Positions 8,078 to 16,811 of a DNA stretch of 64,000 nt are shown in pieces. The notes under the pieces are model-generated. The model saw nothing but the letters and a program-made list of their open reading frames with translations. It made no database searches and was not told where the DNA came from. The DNA is from Patescibacteria group bacterium (GTDB lineage: Bacteria > Patescibacteriota > Microgenomatia > UBA1400 > PJMF01): NCBI GenBank assembly GCA_019454415.1, contig JACFOI010000003.1, positions 14,361-78,360 of the forward strand, in the 5' to 3' direction. Within the stretch, counting starts at the first letter, position 1, and the number at the start of each line of letters is the position of its first letter. The translations under genes were made by a program, and so were the position numbers.

Positions 8078-10546
8078 GTGAGTACACCAGTCTCCAAACA
8101 ATCATCTGAGTCGAGCGAGAGACCAAATCTTGAAACTCGTTTATTGAATCCTTTCATCACTATGAAGAGCAAGAAGTGGCATCAGCTGTTCGCGGCCAAA
8201 CACCAGCCCAAAGTGAAAACCAAACAAAAATCTGACAAACCCAAGCGCCAATTACCCAAAGCACTGCGAATTATTTTATTCCCGATAATCAATCCATTTT
8301 TAAGATTTGGGTTACTTGCTTTACTCTTATGTGGAGTACTCGCCTTGCTGTATATGCTACGAGACCTTCCGTCTCCGACCCGCCTGACCGCCAGCGAAAA
8401 CTTCGCCGTCAGTACTCAAATCTTTGACCGAAAAGGACGCCTGCTCTATGAGATTTTTGCCGATGAAAATCGGATTCCGATTGAACTCGAAACACTTCCA
8501 CCCCATGTGTACCAAGCGACAATTGCGATTGAAGATAAAAACTTCTACAGTCACTGGGGCTTCGACATCATTGGTATCACCCGCGCAATCCGTAACACGC
8601 TGGAAGGAAAGCGGCTGGAGGGCGGCTCTACGATCACTCAGCAGTTGATCAAGACTGCGCTTTTGACCCGAGAACGCTCGATTCAACGTAAGATTAAAGA
8701 AGGTGTGCTGGCTGTCGTGACGGAACTGTTGTACTCAAAAGAGCAGATCTTGGAGATGTACCTTAATTACATTTCGTATGGTGGTACCTCGGTGGGCATC
8801 GAGTCAGCTGCACAGCGCTACTTTGATAAGCACGCTAAGGACTTGACGATCGCAGAGGCGGCACTTCTAGCCGGATTGCCGCAGTCGCCCAGTCAGTACT
8901 CACCGTTTGGTAGCTCACCTGAGTTGGCTAAACAACGCCAGCAAGAAGTTATCCGTCGCATGCAGGAAGACGGCTACATCACTGCCCAGCAAGCTGAACA
9001 GGCCAAGAATGAAGTCCTCAAGTTTGCGATCTCTAAAACCGATATTCAGGCCCCGCACTTTGTGTTCTATGTTCGTGACTTGCTGTATCAGAAGTACGGT
9101 GAAGAACGAGTTGAAAAAGGCGGGCTACGCGTCACTACTTCTTTGGATCTGGATCTTCAGAATGTAGCTCAAGCGTCTCTGTCGGCAGAGGTTGAATCTT
9201 TGCAGAGAGCTCAAGTCAGTAACGGTGCCAGTTTAATCATGAAACCCAACACCGGTGAGATCTTGGCAATGATCGGCTCCAAAGACTACTTCAATACCGC
9301 CGAAGATGGTCAGGTGAATGTTACGCTACGACCGCGGCAGCCAGGTTCATCGATTAAACCGATCATGTATGCGACTGCTTTCCAAGAGAAACTGCTTAAT
9401 CCTGGCTCGTACTTACTGGACATTCCTACCTGCTTTGAGGTCGTGAACCAAAAACCGTACTGTCCGAAAAACTACGACGGCAGCTTCCGCGGTCCGGTTA
9501 CCATCAGGCAAGCCCTTGGTAACTCATTGAACATTCCGGCGGTGAAGTCACTGCGGCTACTAGGCCTGGAGACCTTTATTAATCAGGCCACCAAGATGGG
9601 TATCACCAGTTGGAAAGACCCCTCTAACTACGGCTTGTCACTCACCCTTGGTGGTGGTGAAGTCCGGATGATTGATCTGGCCCAAGCATTTAGCGTCTTG
9701 GCTAATCAAGGCGTAAAAGTACCTGTGACTCCGATTCTGAAAGTGGAAGACTACAAAGGAAACGTGATTGAAGAAGTAAATCTTGATGAGCGGAAGAAAG
9801 ACCTGGCAGAAATGAGTGCCGATGAAGACGAGTTGGAAGTGGGAGATTTGGAACGCGTCATGAACCGCGCTCCGGCCTATCTGACCACCCATATTATGCA
9901 GGATAATAATGCCCGCGTCTCTGCCTTTGGACCCAACTCCAAGTTGGTTATCCCTGGCCAGATCGTCAGCGCCAAAACCGGAACGACGAACGACCTGAAA
10001 GATAACTGGACCGTCGGCTTCACTCCTGAGTTCTTAGTCATCACTTGGGTCGGCAATAATGACGGTTCGGCAATGAACCGCAATTTGGTTTCTGGCATCA
10101 CCGGTGCGGCACCGATCTTTAACGACATCATGTCTTACATCTTGCGGGATCAGCAGCCCATCATTCCCGAAAAGCCGGATGACGTCACCGCCGGGAATGT
10201 ATGTGTAACCGGCTTCCCTGCACAACCCGGTGAAAACTGCCCTCAGCAGCACCAAGAATTGTTCTGGCGGAAGTCTCAACCATCGAAAGCACAGTTTGTA
10301 ACCAAAGAAGTTTGGATCCATCCGGAGACTGGCCTACCGCTGCAAGCAGGTGAGTCCACCGACGGCCTAGTGTTGCAGACCAAGACAGTTCTGACTGATC
10401 CGTTCACCACCGACTACTGTCAGGACTGCGCGCGGCCAGTAGACGAACAAGGGAAGACGGTCTACGAACAGCACAACGTCGACGCGACTACCATCTACAG
10501 CAACGAAGACGTCCAAACGAATCAAGAGTCACAAACTGCCCAGTGA
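8078..10546 (+). CDS. class A penicillin-binding protein (PBP1A-type transglycosylase/transpeptidase)
   Basis: GT51 motifs EDKNFYSHWGFD, GGSTITQQL. Transpeptidase SSIKP, SLN, KTGT. GTG start. N-terminal Lys-rich cytoplasmic tail and TM. Confidence 0.9.
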   Translation: MSTPVSKQSSESSERPNLETRLLNPFITMKSKKWHQLFAAKHQPKVKTKQKSDKPKRQLPKALRIILFPIINPFLRFGLLALLLCGVLALLYMLRDLPSPTRLTASENFAVSTQIFDRKGRLLYEIFADENRIPIELETLPPHVYQATIAIEDKNFYSHWGFDIIGITRAIRNTLEGKRLEGGSTITQQLIKTALLTRERSIQRKIKEGVLAVVTELLYSKEQILEMYLNYISYGGTSVGIESAAQRYFDKHAKDLTIAEAALLAGLPQSPSQYSPFGSSPELAKQRQQEVIRRMQEDGYITAQQAEQAKNEVLKFAISKTDIQAPHFVFYVRDLLYQKYGEERVEKGGLRVTTSLDLDLQNVAQASLSAEVESLQRAQVSNGASLIMKPNTGEILAMIGSKDYFNTAEDGQVNVTLRPRQPGSSIKPIMYATAFQEKLLNPGSYLLDIPTCFEVVNQKPYCPKNYDGSFRGPVTIRQALGNSLNIPAVKSLRLLGLETFINQATKMGITSWKDPSNYGLSLTLGGGEVRMIDLAQAFSVLANQGVKVPVTPILKVEDYKGNVIEEVNLDERKKDLAEMSADEDELEVGDLERVMNRAPAYLTTHIMQDNNARVSAFGPNSKLVIPGQIVSAKTGTTNDLKDNWTVGFTPEFLVITWVGNNDGSAMNRNLVSGITGAAPIFNDIMSYILRDQQPIIPEKPDDVTAGNVCVTGFPAQPGENCPQQHQELFWRKSQPSKAQFVTKEVWIHPETGLPLQAGESTDGLVLQTKTVLTDPFTTDYCQDCARPVDEQGKTVYEQHNVDATTIYSNEDVQTNQESQTAQ

Positions 10547-10554
10547 GGGGAATC

Positions 10555-11790
10555 ATGAAGGTTTGGCTATTCCGTATCTTTGCGATAGTTCTGATGGCGT
10601 TTGCAGGCTGGGGTGGTTGGTATTGGTATACCCATATTCACAATGTTTTTTTGTTGAATCCGTTTGCCAACTCTTTCGATGAAACTCCACCGCTGTCCGG
10701 ATTAAAGTCCCCTGACTTTTTGGTCTATGGTTTTGCTCCTTACTGGAACCTAACCAAGACAGTTGTCCAACCTGAGCTGACCCACCTTGCCTACTTCTCG
10801 TTGGTGATTACGCCAGAGGGTGACCTAGACGGAATTTCCAATGAAGAAGCAGTTGACCCTGATGGTGATACGGGCAGTCGACGTTGGCGTTCTGAGCAGC
10901 TGAACACAGTGGTCAGTCAACTCCAGCCTCACCAAAAACTGACCGTGACTCTCACCCAGTTTGATAAAACCGGTATCGAAACTTTTCTGACCTCACCCTC
11001 TGCCCAAGCTCACTTTCAGGAAGCGCTCAGGAACTTTTTGAATACCACTACTCGCTCCGTGGCTGGTGTCAACATTGATATTGAGTATCCGGGAGAAGCG
11101 ACGGACGAGGTCCGGCAGGGTTACGTAACCCTGGTACGTAACACTCGTCAAACGTTGGATGAGTATGCGCAAAGAGCGCGAAAAGAGAAGTTAAATCTGT
11201 CGATCAGCGTCTATGCCAATGCTGCCACCCGAAAGCTGCTCTGGGATCTACCGGCCTTAATTCAAGATGTTGATCACGTGGTAGTGATGGCCTATGACTT
11301 TCATCGCCCGTCTTCACCAGTAGCCGGACCCGTGGCACCGTTGTTTGGCGCTAAACAGAACTGGGATAACGACGTAGTGCTGCATATGAAAGAGTTTTTG
11401 GAGTTAATTCCGGCCAGTAAAGTTCTGCTGGGGGTACCGTTTTACGGATATGAGTGGGAAACCACTACGGGTGATGCACGCTCACTGGTTTTTCCGGGAA
11501 CGGGGGCGACGGCAAGCTACAGTCGTGTGCGTCGATTGTTGACCAGTACCGAGTCTGCTGAAGTTGCAGATGGTCTGATCGTCCAAGGCTGGGACGAGGA
11601 TGCGCTATCACCCTATGTCATCTTCACCAAGGATGACCGACAGCACGTGATTTATTATGAAGATGCACGTTCACTAGGCTATAAGCTCCAGCTGGTAAAA
11701 GAGCTTCGATTGGGTGGAATCGCCATCTGGGCACTCGGATATGAAGATGGTTCGCGGGAACTCTGGGACGCGATTGCAAATGAACTCTAG
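10555..11790 (+). CDS. GH18-like (chitinase-like/YaaH-like) membrane-anchored glycoside hydrolase homolog
   Basis: N-terminal TM. GH18-like catalytic region GVNIDIEYP (DxDxE-like), MAYDFH, GYEWET. ATG 10555 preceded by GAGGGG SD. ORF-track GTG 10543 overlaps PBP stop. Confidence 0.55.
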   Translation: MKVWLFRIFAIVLMAFAGWGGWYWYTHIHNVFLLNPFANSFDETPPLSGLKSPDFLVYGFAPYWNLTKTVVQPELTHLAYFSLVITPEGDLDGISNEEAVDPDGDTGSRRWRSEQLNTVVSQLQPHQKLTVTLTQFDKTGIETFLTSPSAQAHFQEALRNFLNTTTRSVAGVNIDIEYPGEATDEVRQGYVTLVRNTRQTLDEYAQRARKEKLNLSISVYANAATRKLLWDLPALIQDVDHVVVMAYDFHRPSSPVAGPVAPLFGAKQNWDNDVVLHMKEFLELIPASKVLLGVPFYGYEWETTTGDARSLVFPGTGATASYSRVRRLLTSTESAEVADGLIVQGWDEDALSPYVIFTKDDRQHVIYYEDARSLGYKLQLVKELRLGGIAIWALGYEDGSRELWDAIANEL

Positions 11791-11882
11791 GAGCAGACTT
11801 GAGCCACGTATTGTTTAGTCAACCTTTTCTATAAGTCTTACAAATCTTATCAAAAACAGACAATTGAATACACTTCAGGCCG

Positions 11883-14375
11883 ATGCTAAGATCTGGCGAA
11901 ATGCCGAAGAAAAAGCGTCGTAGCCAGAAGAAAGTTCTCCAAGCTCCTCGCAAAAAGTCGCGCCTTCAAACTGCCAAAACACAACCCATAACCAAAGACA
12001 AGAAAAGCCGCGCTCACGCTAAAGCTGCAGCTCCGACCAAAGTAGCTGCTCGCAAATCCATCCGCAAAACAACCAGGAAAGTTACTTCCCTCAAAAAAAC
12101 TCGTTCTAGAAAACGCCATGATGTACAGGTCTTTCCGGAGCCGTTCGGACATAGATTCATCAGTAGCATACGGCAGTTTGGTGCTGGCTTTTTCCGGGAG
12201 TTGATCTACCCGTTTTACTACTTGTTCAGGTATCACTTTTTTGCCACGTTGCTTTCATTAGTGATGACAGCACTCATTCTAGGTGGAGCGTATTACACCT
12301 ACGACACTGCCTTTCGTGATTTGCCACAAGTCAGTCAGATTACGCAACGTAAACAACCACTGACCACCAAAATCCTCGATCGAAACGGAAAGGTCCTCTA
12401 CAACATCTACAAGGATCAAAACCGGACACTCATTCCTCTGGATAAAGTCCCACCTTCTATGAAGCTGGCGACAATCGCGATTGAAGATCGTGACTTTTAT
12501 TCACATCACGGCTTATCGATTCGTGGGATTGCCCGAGCTATTAAGGTTAATAGTGAGGGCAATCGCGTCCAGGGCGGGTCAACTATCACCCAGCAACTGG
12601 TGAAAATGACGCTGCTGACTCCGGAACGAACGTTTAAACGGAAAATCCGTGAAGCACTCTTGTCATTCCTGGTCGAACAAACCTACACCAAAGATGAGAT
12701 TCTAGAGATGTATTTGAATGAAGTCCCTTACGGTGGCTCCACCTACGGTGTCGAAGAGGCAGCTCAACGCTACTTTGGTAAGTCAGCCCGGCAGCTCAAC
12801 TTAGCAGAAAGTGCTTTCCTGGCTGGACTGCCGCAGTCACCTAGTTTGTACTCGCCGTTCGGTAGTTCACCCGAACTGGCCAAGCAGCGCCAACACGAAG
12901 TACTGCGTCGGATGGTGGAAGACGAGTACATCACTCAGGAGCAAGCAAGTGCAGCCGAACAAGCAGAGTTAGTATTCCGGCCGAACGTGACAGATATTCA
13001 GGCCCCGCACTTTGTGATGTATGTGAAGGATCTGTTGGCTCAGCAGTACGGAGAAGACCTAGTCAGCCAAGGTGGACTGGAAGTGACAACCACACTCGAC
13101 CTGGATCTGCAGAACGAAGCACAGGAGATTGTGAGCAAAGAGATGGAGTCTCTGGCTAAGCTCAAAATCAACAACGGGGCAGCACTGGTGACCAATCCCC
13201 ACACTGGTGAGATTCTAGCCATGGTCGGGAGCAAAGATTACTTTGATTTCGCCCATGACGGTCAAGTGAACGTGACGATGCGACCTCGGCAGCCAGGATC
13301 ATCCATTAAACCAATCACCTACTCCGTCGCGTTTGAGAACGGGATGTCACCGTCGACGATGGTGCTGGATGCACCCGTTTCCTTCCAGACACCCGGCTCA
13401 CCAGTGTACTCACCCAAGAACTACGATGGCCGTTTTCATGGTAACGTCACCCTCCGCGAGGCACTGGCCTCTTCCTATAACATCCCAGCAGTGAAAACCT
13501 TGGCCAGTATCGGCATCGATAACATGATCGACCAAGCTCAAGCCATGGGGATTACTACCTGGAAAGACCGCCAACGCTTTGGCCTTTCCTTGACCTTGGG
13601 TGGTGGAGACGTGCTGATGTCCGACATGGCAAAGGTCTACGGGACGTTTGCCAATGAAGGTGTCACCACTGATCTTTCACCGTTGCTGGAAGTTAAAACT
13701 GCTAAAGGGGACGTGCTCTATCACAACTTTTGTGCCCTAGATGGCCATGACTGTCAGGCAGTCAGAACTATTTCCCGAAAGACTGCTTATCAAATCACCG
13801 ATATCCTCAGTGACAACGTGGCACGAACACCAGCATTCGGACCCCGCTCCGTACTCGATATTCCTAACCAGCAGGTAGCAGTCAAAACCGGTACCACCAA
13901 TAACTTGCGGGACAACTGGACGATTGGCTACACCCAAGACCGCGTGGTGGCCGTCTGGGTCGGCAATAACGACAACAGTCCCATGAGCTACGTTGCATCA
14001 GGGATCACTGGTGCTTCTCCCATTTGGAATAAAATCATGCGCCTCACTCTTGATGATCAGAATCCGCATCAATTTCCACTGCCGGAGGGTTTAGTGAAGG
14101 TGAAGATCTGTGTGACCACGCGCACTCTCCCGTGTGCTGGTTGCCCGATCGTACGGGAGGAGCTGTTTGAAGTGGGGACTGAACCCCAGGCCGCATGTAA
14201 TCCCGGCCAGTTTGCATCTCCGCCACTTCAACCTGCGCCTACCCGGATGCCCAACGTTCTGCCACAGATCAATCGCGTTCCCAACCCCACCCCCAAACCC
14301 CAACAGACGCTACGTGCTACCCCCAAGCCCCAAACGCCACAGCGACCTGCGGTGCAGGCAGTGCCACTTCGCTAA
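11883..14375 (+). CDS. class A penicillin-binding protein paralog with Lys-rich N-terminus and Pro-rich C-terminal tail
   Basis: EDRDFYSHHGLS, GGSTITQQL, SSIKP, KTGT. N-terminal roughly 80 aa highly basic (KKKRRSQKK...). C-terminal roughly 55 aa P/Q/T-rich low complexity. Confidence 0.9.
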   Translation: MLRSGEMPKKKRRSQKKVLQAPRKKSRLQTAKTQPITKDKKSRAHAKAAAPTKVAARKSIRKTTRKVTSLKKTRSRKRHDVQVFPEPFGHRFISSIRQFGAGFFRELIYPFYYLFRYHFFATLLSLVMTALILGGAYYTYDTAFRDLPQVSQITQRKQPLTTKILDRNGKVLYNIYKDQNRTLIPLDKVPPSMKLATIAIEDRDFYSHHGLSIRGIARAIKVNSEGNRVQGGSTITQQLVKMTLLTPERTFKRKIREALLSFLVEQTYTKDEILEMYLNEVPYGGSTYGVEEAAQRYFGKSARQLNLAESAFLAGLPQSPSLYSPFGSSPELAKQRQHEVLRRMVEDEYITQEQASAAEQAELVFRPNVTDIQAPHFVMYVKDLLAQQYGEDLVSQGGLEVTTTLDLDLQNEAQEIVSKEMESLAKLKINNGAALVTNPHTGEILAMVGSKDYFDFAHDGQVNVTMRPRQPGSSIKPITYSVAFENGMSPSTMVLDAPVSFQTPGSPVYSPKNYDGRFHGNVTLREALASSYNIPAVKTLASIGIDNMIDQAQAMGITTWKDRQRFGLSLTLGGGDVLMSDMAKVYGTFANEGVTTDLSPLLEVKTAKGDVLYHNFCALDGHDCQAVRTISRKTAYQITDILSDNVARTPAFGPRSVLDIPNQQVAVKTGTTNNLRDNWTIGYTQDRVVAVWVGNNDNSPMSYVASGITGASPIWNKIMRLTLDDQNPHQFPLPEGLVKVKICVTTRTLPCAGCPIVREELFEVGTEPQAACNPGQFASPPLQPAPTRMPNVLPQINRVPNPTPKPQQTLRATPKPQTPQRPAVQAVPLR

Positions 14376-14381
14376 CTTCGT

Positions 14382-15044
14382 CTAGCGCAAATCCTGAATA
14401 TGCTGATTGAGAACTTCCAGGAATGGGGGCCGCCGCAGCCGCTGCTGCTCAACACCCCAGTCCGTGTACAGTTTATGTGTCAAAAGTTCATGACGGAAGA
14501 TTTTGGCCCGCCACCTGGCGGCCAGCGCAAAGATATGTTTTCCTTTTTCCCAACGTTCATGACTGAGCAACTCCAAGTCATCGAGATCTTTCAGGACTTT
14601 TGCTTCGAGGGTCATCACTGGCAAAAACTGGAACTGCGCGTGCTTGCGGATCGCATAGTAAACCTGCTGACGGAGGGGCTTTTCCAGTCCAATCTCTTTG
14701 GCAGCTTTTTCAAATAGAACAGCCGACCCCATACCATCCCATAGCTGATGAAAGAGTAGCTGCAGGGTATTTTTACCGACGCGACCGGCTTTCCAAGAAT
14801 CGTGCCAGCAGACACTCATAATCACCACATTTGGAGAAAGCACTTGGGCGAGTTTTGCGGAACGGCGCAGTAAGTAGGAAAAATCCTGAAGCATCCGTTC
14901 TACATGGCCGATGTCATGATATGGATCATGGCTGTGCTCCATGATGTCCAACGCTTGCTGGCAGAGCTTCAGTTCTGCGTCAGAAAGGTATGACCGGAAG
15001 GGCTGTAACGGATCTTTTTTCATCAACCACGGTTCATCATCCAC
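14382..15044 (-). CDS. HD-domain phosphohydrolase
   Basis: HDPYHDIGHVERM and WHDSWK motifs (HD metal-binding). Confidence 0.55.
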   Translation of the reverse strand: MDDEPWLMKKDPLQPFRSYLSDAELKLCQQALDIMEHSHDPYHDIGHVERMLQDFSYLLRRSAKLAQVLSPNVVIMSVCWHDSWKAGRVGKNTLQLLFHQLWDGMGSAVLFEKAAKEIGLEKPLRQQVYYAIRKHAQFQFLPVMTLEAKVLKDLDDLELLSHERWEKGKHIFALAARWRAKIFRHELLTHKLYTDWGVEQQRLRRPPFLEVLNQHIQDLR

Positions 15045-15295
15045 AGTACAAGTGAGATAGCAATTGTCAGAATCAAGAGAACTGGAGCAACAAAACGTTC
15101 TTTTTGTTTTCTTTTTCGTTCTGTATCTTTGAGGAACTTACGTTCTTCCCGGGCGAGTCGTTTGGCTTCTTTTTCTGCTTCTACCTCTTCTGTATTCCGC
15201 TGTAGCTCGTCAAGTTGATCCAAAAGCTCGTGGTCGCCCTGGTCAACATTGACCCCTTCCTCGTCTTTCTTTTTCCCTAAGCCAAACAGTCCCAT
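15023..15295 (-). CDS. small charged coiled-coil protein with C-terminal TM anchor
   Basis: 90-aa ORF, K/E-rich, then VAPVLLILTIAISLVLWMM. Overlaps HD gene start by 22 nt. Confidence 0.35.
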   Translation of the reverse strand: MGLFGLGKKKDEEGVNVDQGDHELLDQLDELQRNTEEVEAEKEAKRLAREERKFLKDTERKRKQKERFVAPVLLILTIAISLVLWMMNRG

Positions 15296-15297
15296 GA

Positions 15298-15984
15298 CTA
15301 CCCCTTTAAAGTTTTTGCTCGTTCCACAATTAAGTCGACAACTTCTTCAATCGTCAAGTTAGAAGTATCCAGCACCCAGGCACCTTCTACCACCTGCAAC
15401 GGATCGACAGCACGGTGCATATCACGATCATCTCGTTCCTGCAGGTCTTTGTATACCTCTTCAAATGTAACATCCTGTCCCCGAGTCTGTAGCTCGTAGT
15501 GACGTCGTTTTGCTCTGGTTTCGGTGGATGCAGTCAGGTAAATCTTTAAGTTTGAGTTGGGCAAAACTTTGAAGGTAATATCTCGACCTTCCATCACCAC
15601 GTCTTGGTGCTCGGCGATCTGCTGCTGTTTTTCGACCAGGTGTTCCCGTACTTTGGGGAGCGCTGCTACTTTTGAGGATCCCTGGCTGACGGCTTCAGTT
15701 CGGATTTCCCAAGAGGCGTCTTCACCATTGAGGAGGACGGTCGTCAACCGACCGTCTTGTTCACTTTCACCAGGATTGCGCATCTCGATCTTGTTTTGCT
15801 TCAGGAGTTCAACTAGTTTATCTTCTGATTCAAAGGGAAGGCTGTTGCGAAGAGCAATTAAAGCGGTCACCCGGTACATAGCCCCTGTGTCGACGTACAA
15901 CAGGCCGAGGCGCTGGGCAACTAAACGAGCGACTGTTCCCTTGCCAGCAGCAACTGGCCCATCGATAGCGATGTGCAAAGGCAT
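15298..15984 (-). CDS. cmk: cytidylate kinase
   Basis: IAIDGPVAAGKGTVARLVAQRLGLLYVDTGAMYR near N-terminus. ATG 15982-15984 with GGAGA SD. ORF-track extends further upstream to 16092. Confidence 0.9.
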   Translation of the reverse strand: MPLHIAIDGPVAAGKGTVARLVAQRLGLLYVDTGAMYRVTALIALRNSLPFESEDKLVELLKQNKIEMRNPGESEQDGRLTTVLLNGEDASWEIRTEAVSQGSSKVAALPKVREHLVEKQQQIAEHQDVVMEGRDITFKVLPNSNLKIYLTASTETRAKRRHYELQTRGQDVTFEEVYKDLQERDDRDMHRAVDPLQVVEGAWVLDTSNLTIEEVVDLIVERAKTLKG

Positions 15985-16027
15985 ATCATTCTCCTTTTCC
16001 TTCATCCGGGCAGGGTTCAGTGATTGG

Positions 16028-16246
16028 TTATCGACGCTTCTTGGTTGCAGCTTTTCGGGGCGAGGCATGTCTGGGCTCATGCATCCATTCATCCCGGTCG
16101 CAGGTCAACAAACCACCCAAACCAACGAGGATGAGGATCAACGGCCACAGATTCCAGAACTCCCGAGGGAGTAGTCCCAAGTTAGATGCAAGGACGATAA
16201 GTCCCATTGCGATCATTGAGGCTGGCCAGAAAACTTTTTTGGGCAT
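16028..16246 (-). CDS. small 2-TM membrane protein
   Basis: MPKKVFWPASMIAMGLIVLA...LILILVGLGGLL with GGAGA SD before ATG 16244-16246. Confidence 0.35.
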   Translation of the reverse strand: MPKKVFWPASMIAMGLIVLASNLGLLPREFWNLWPLILILVGLGGLLTCDRDEWMHEPRHASPRKAATKKRR

Positions 16247-16348
16247 AGGATCTCCTTCCCGCATTATTTCAAACTTCAACTCATTTTGGCAAGTACGGGG
16301 AGAAAATGCACCCCCCTGGATCGAGCACTCAAGACGTATAATACGGCT

Positions 16349-16801
16349 ATGATTTTGCTCGAGAATCGCAAAGCACGACAAGAGTACGAGTTCCTGGAAA
16401 GTTATCTGGCCGGGATTGTTTTGGATGGCCCGGAAGTTAAAAGTCTGCGTAATAAGAGCGGCAGCTTCACCGGTAGCTATATCAAAGTACTTGGCAATGA
16501 ACTATATCTCCTCAACGCCCAGATCACCCCTTATGCTTTCGCCGATAATCATGATTATGATCCGAAACGGACCAGGAAGTTACTCCTCAAGCGACGAGAG
16601 ATTGATACGCTTGTTGAGGCGACGTCCCAAAAGGGACTTTCACTGATTCCGCTACAATTTGAGCTGGTCGGCAAGAACATCAAGCTTCGTTTTGCTCTGG
16701 CGCGGGGTAAAAAACAGTATGAGCGACGTGCCGAGCTTCGTAAAAAAGCAATCGAGCGAGATATCCAACGAGAGATGAAGTCGAAAGTTCGTATTCGTTA
16801 A
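16349..16801 (+). CDS. smpB: SsrA-binding protein SmpB
   Basis: IENRKARQEYEFLESYLAGIVLDGPEVKSLR is the canonical SmpB N-terminus. Roughly 150 aa from ATG 16349. The tmRNA gene is not in this window. Confidence 0.9.
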   Translation: MILLENRKARQEYEFLESYLAGIVLDGPEVKSLRNKSGSFTGSYIKVLGNELYLLNAQITPYAFADNHDYDPKRTRKLLLKRREIDTLVEATSQKGLSLIPLQFELVGKNIKLRFALARGKKQYERRAELRKKAIERDIQREMKSKVRIR

Positions 16802-16811
16802 GTAGCCAGGG

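Noticed and set aside
14134-14385. 83-aa + strand ORF within the PBP2 Pro-rich tail region
   Set aside because: Alternative frame of a low-complexity, proline-codon-rich segment. Such regions generate long spurious ORFs.
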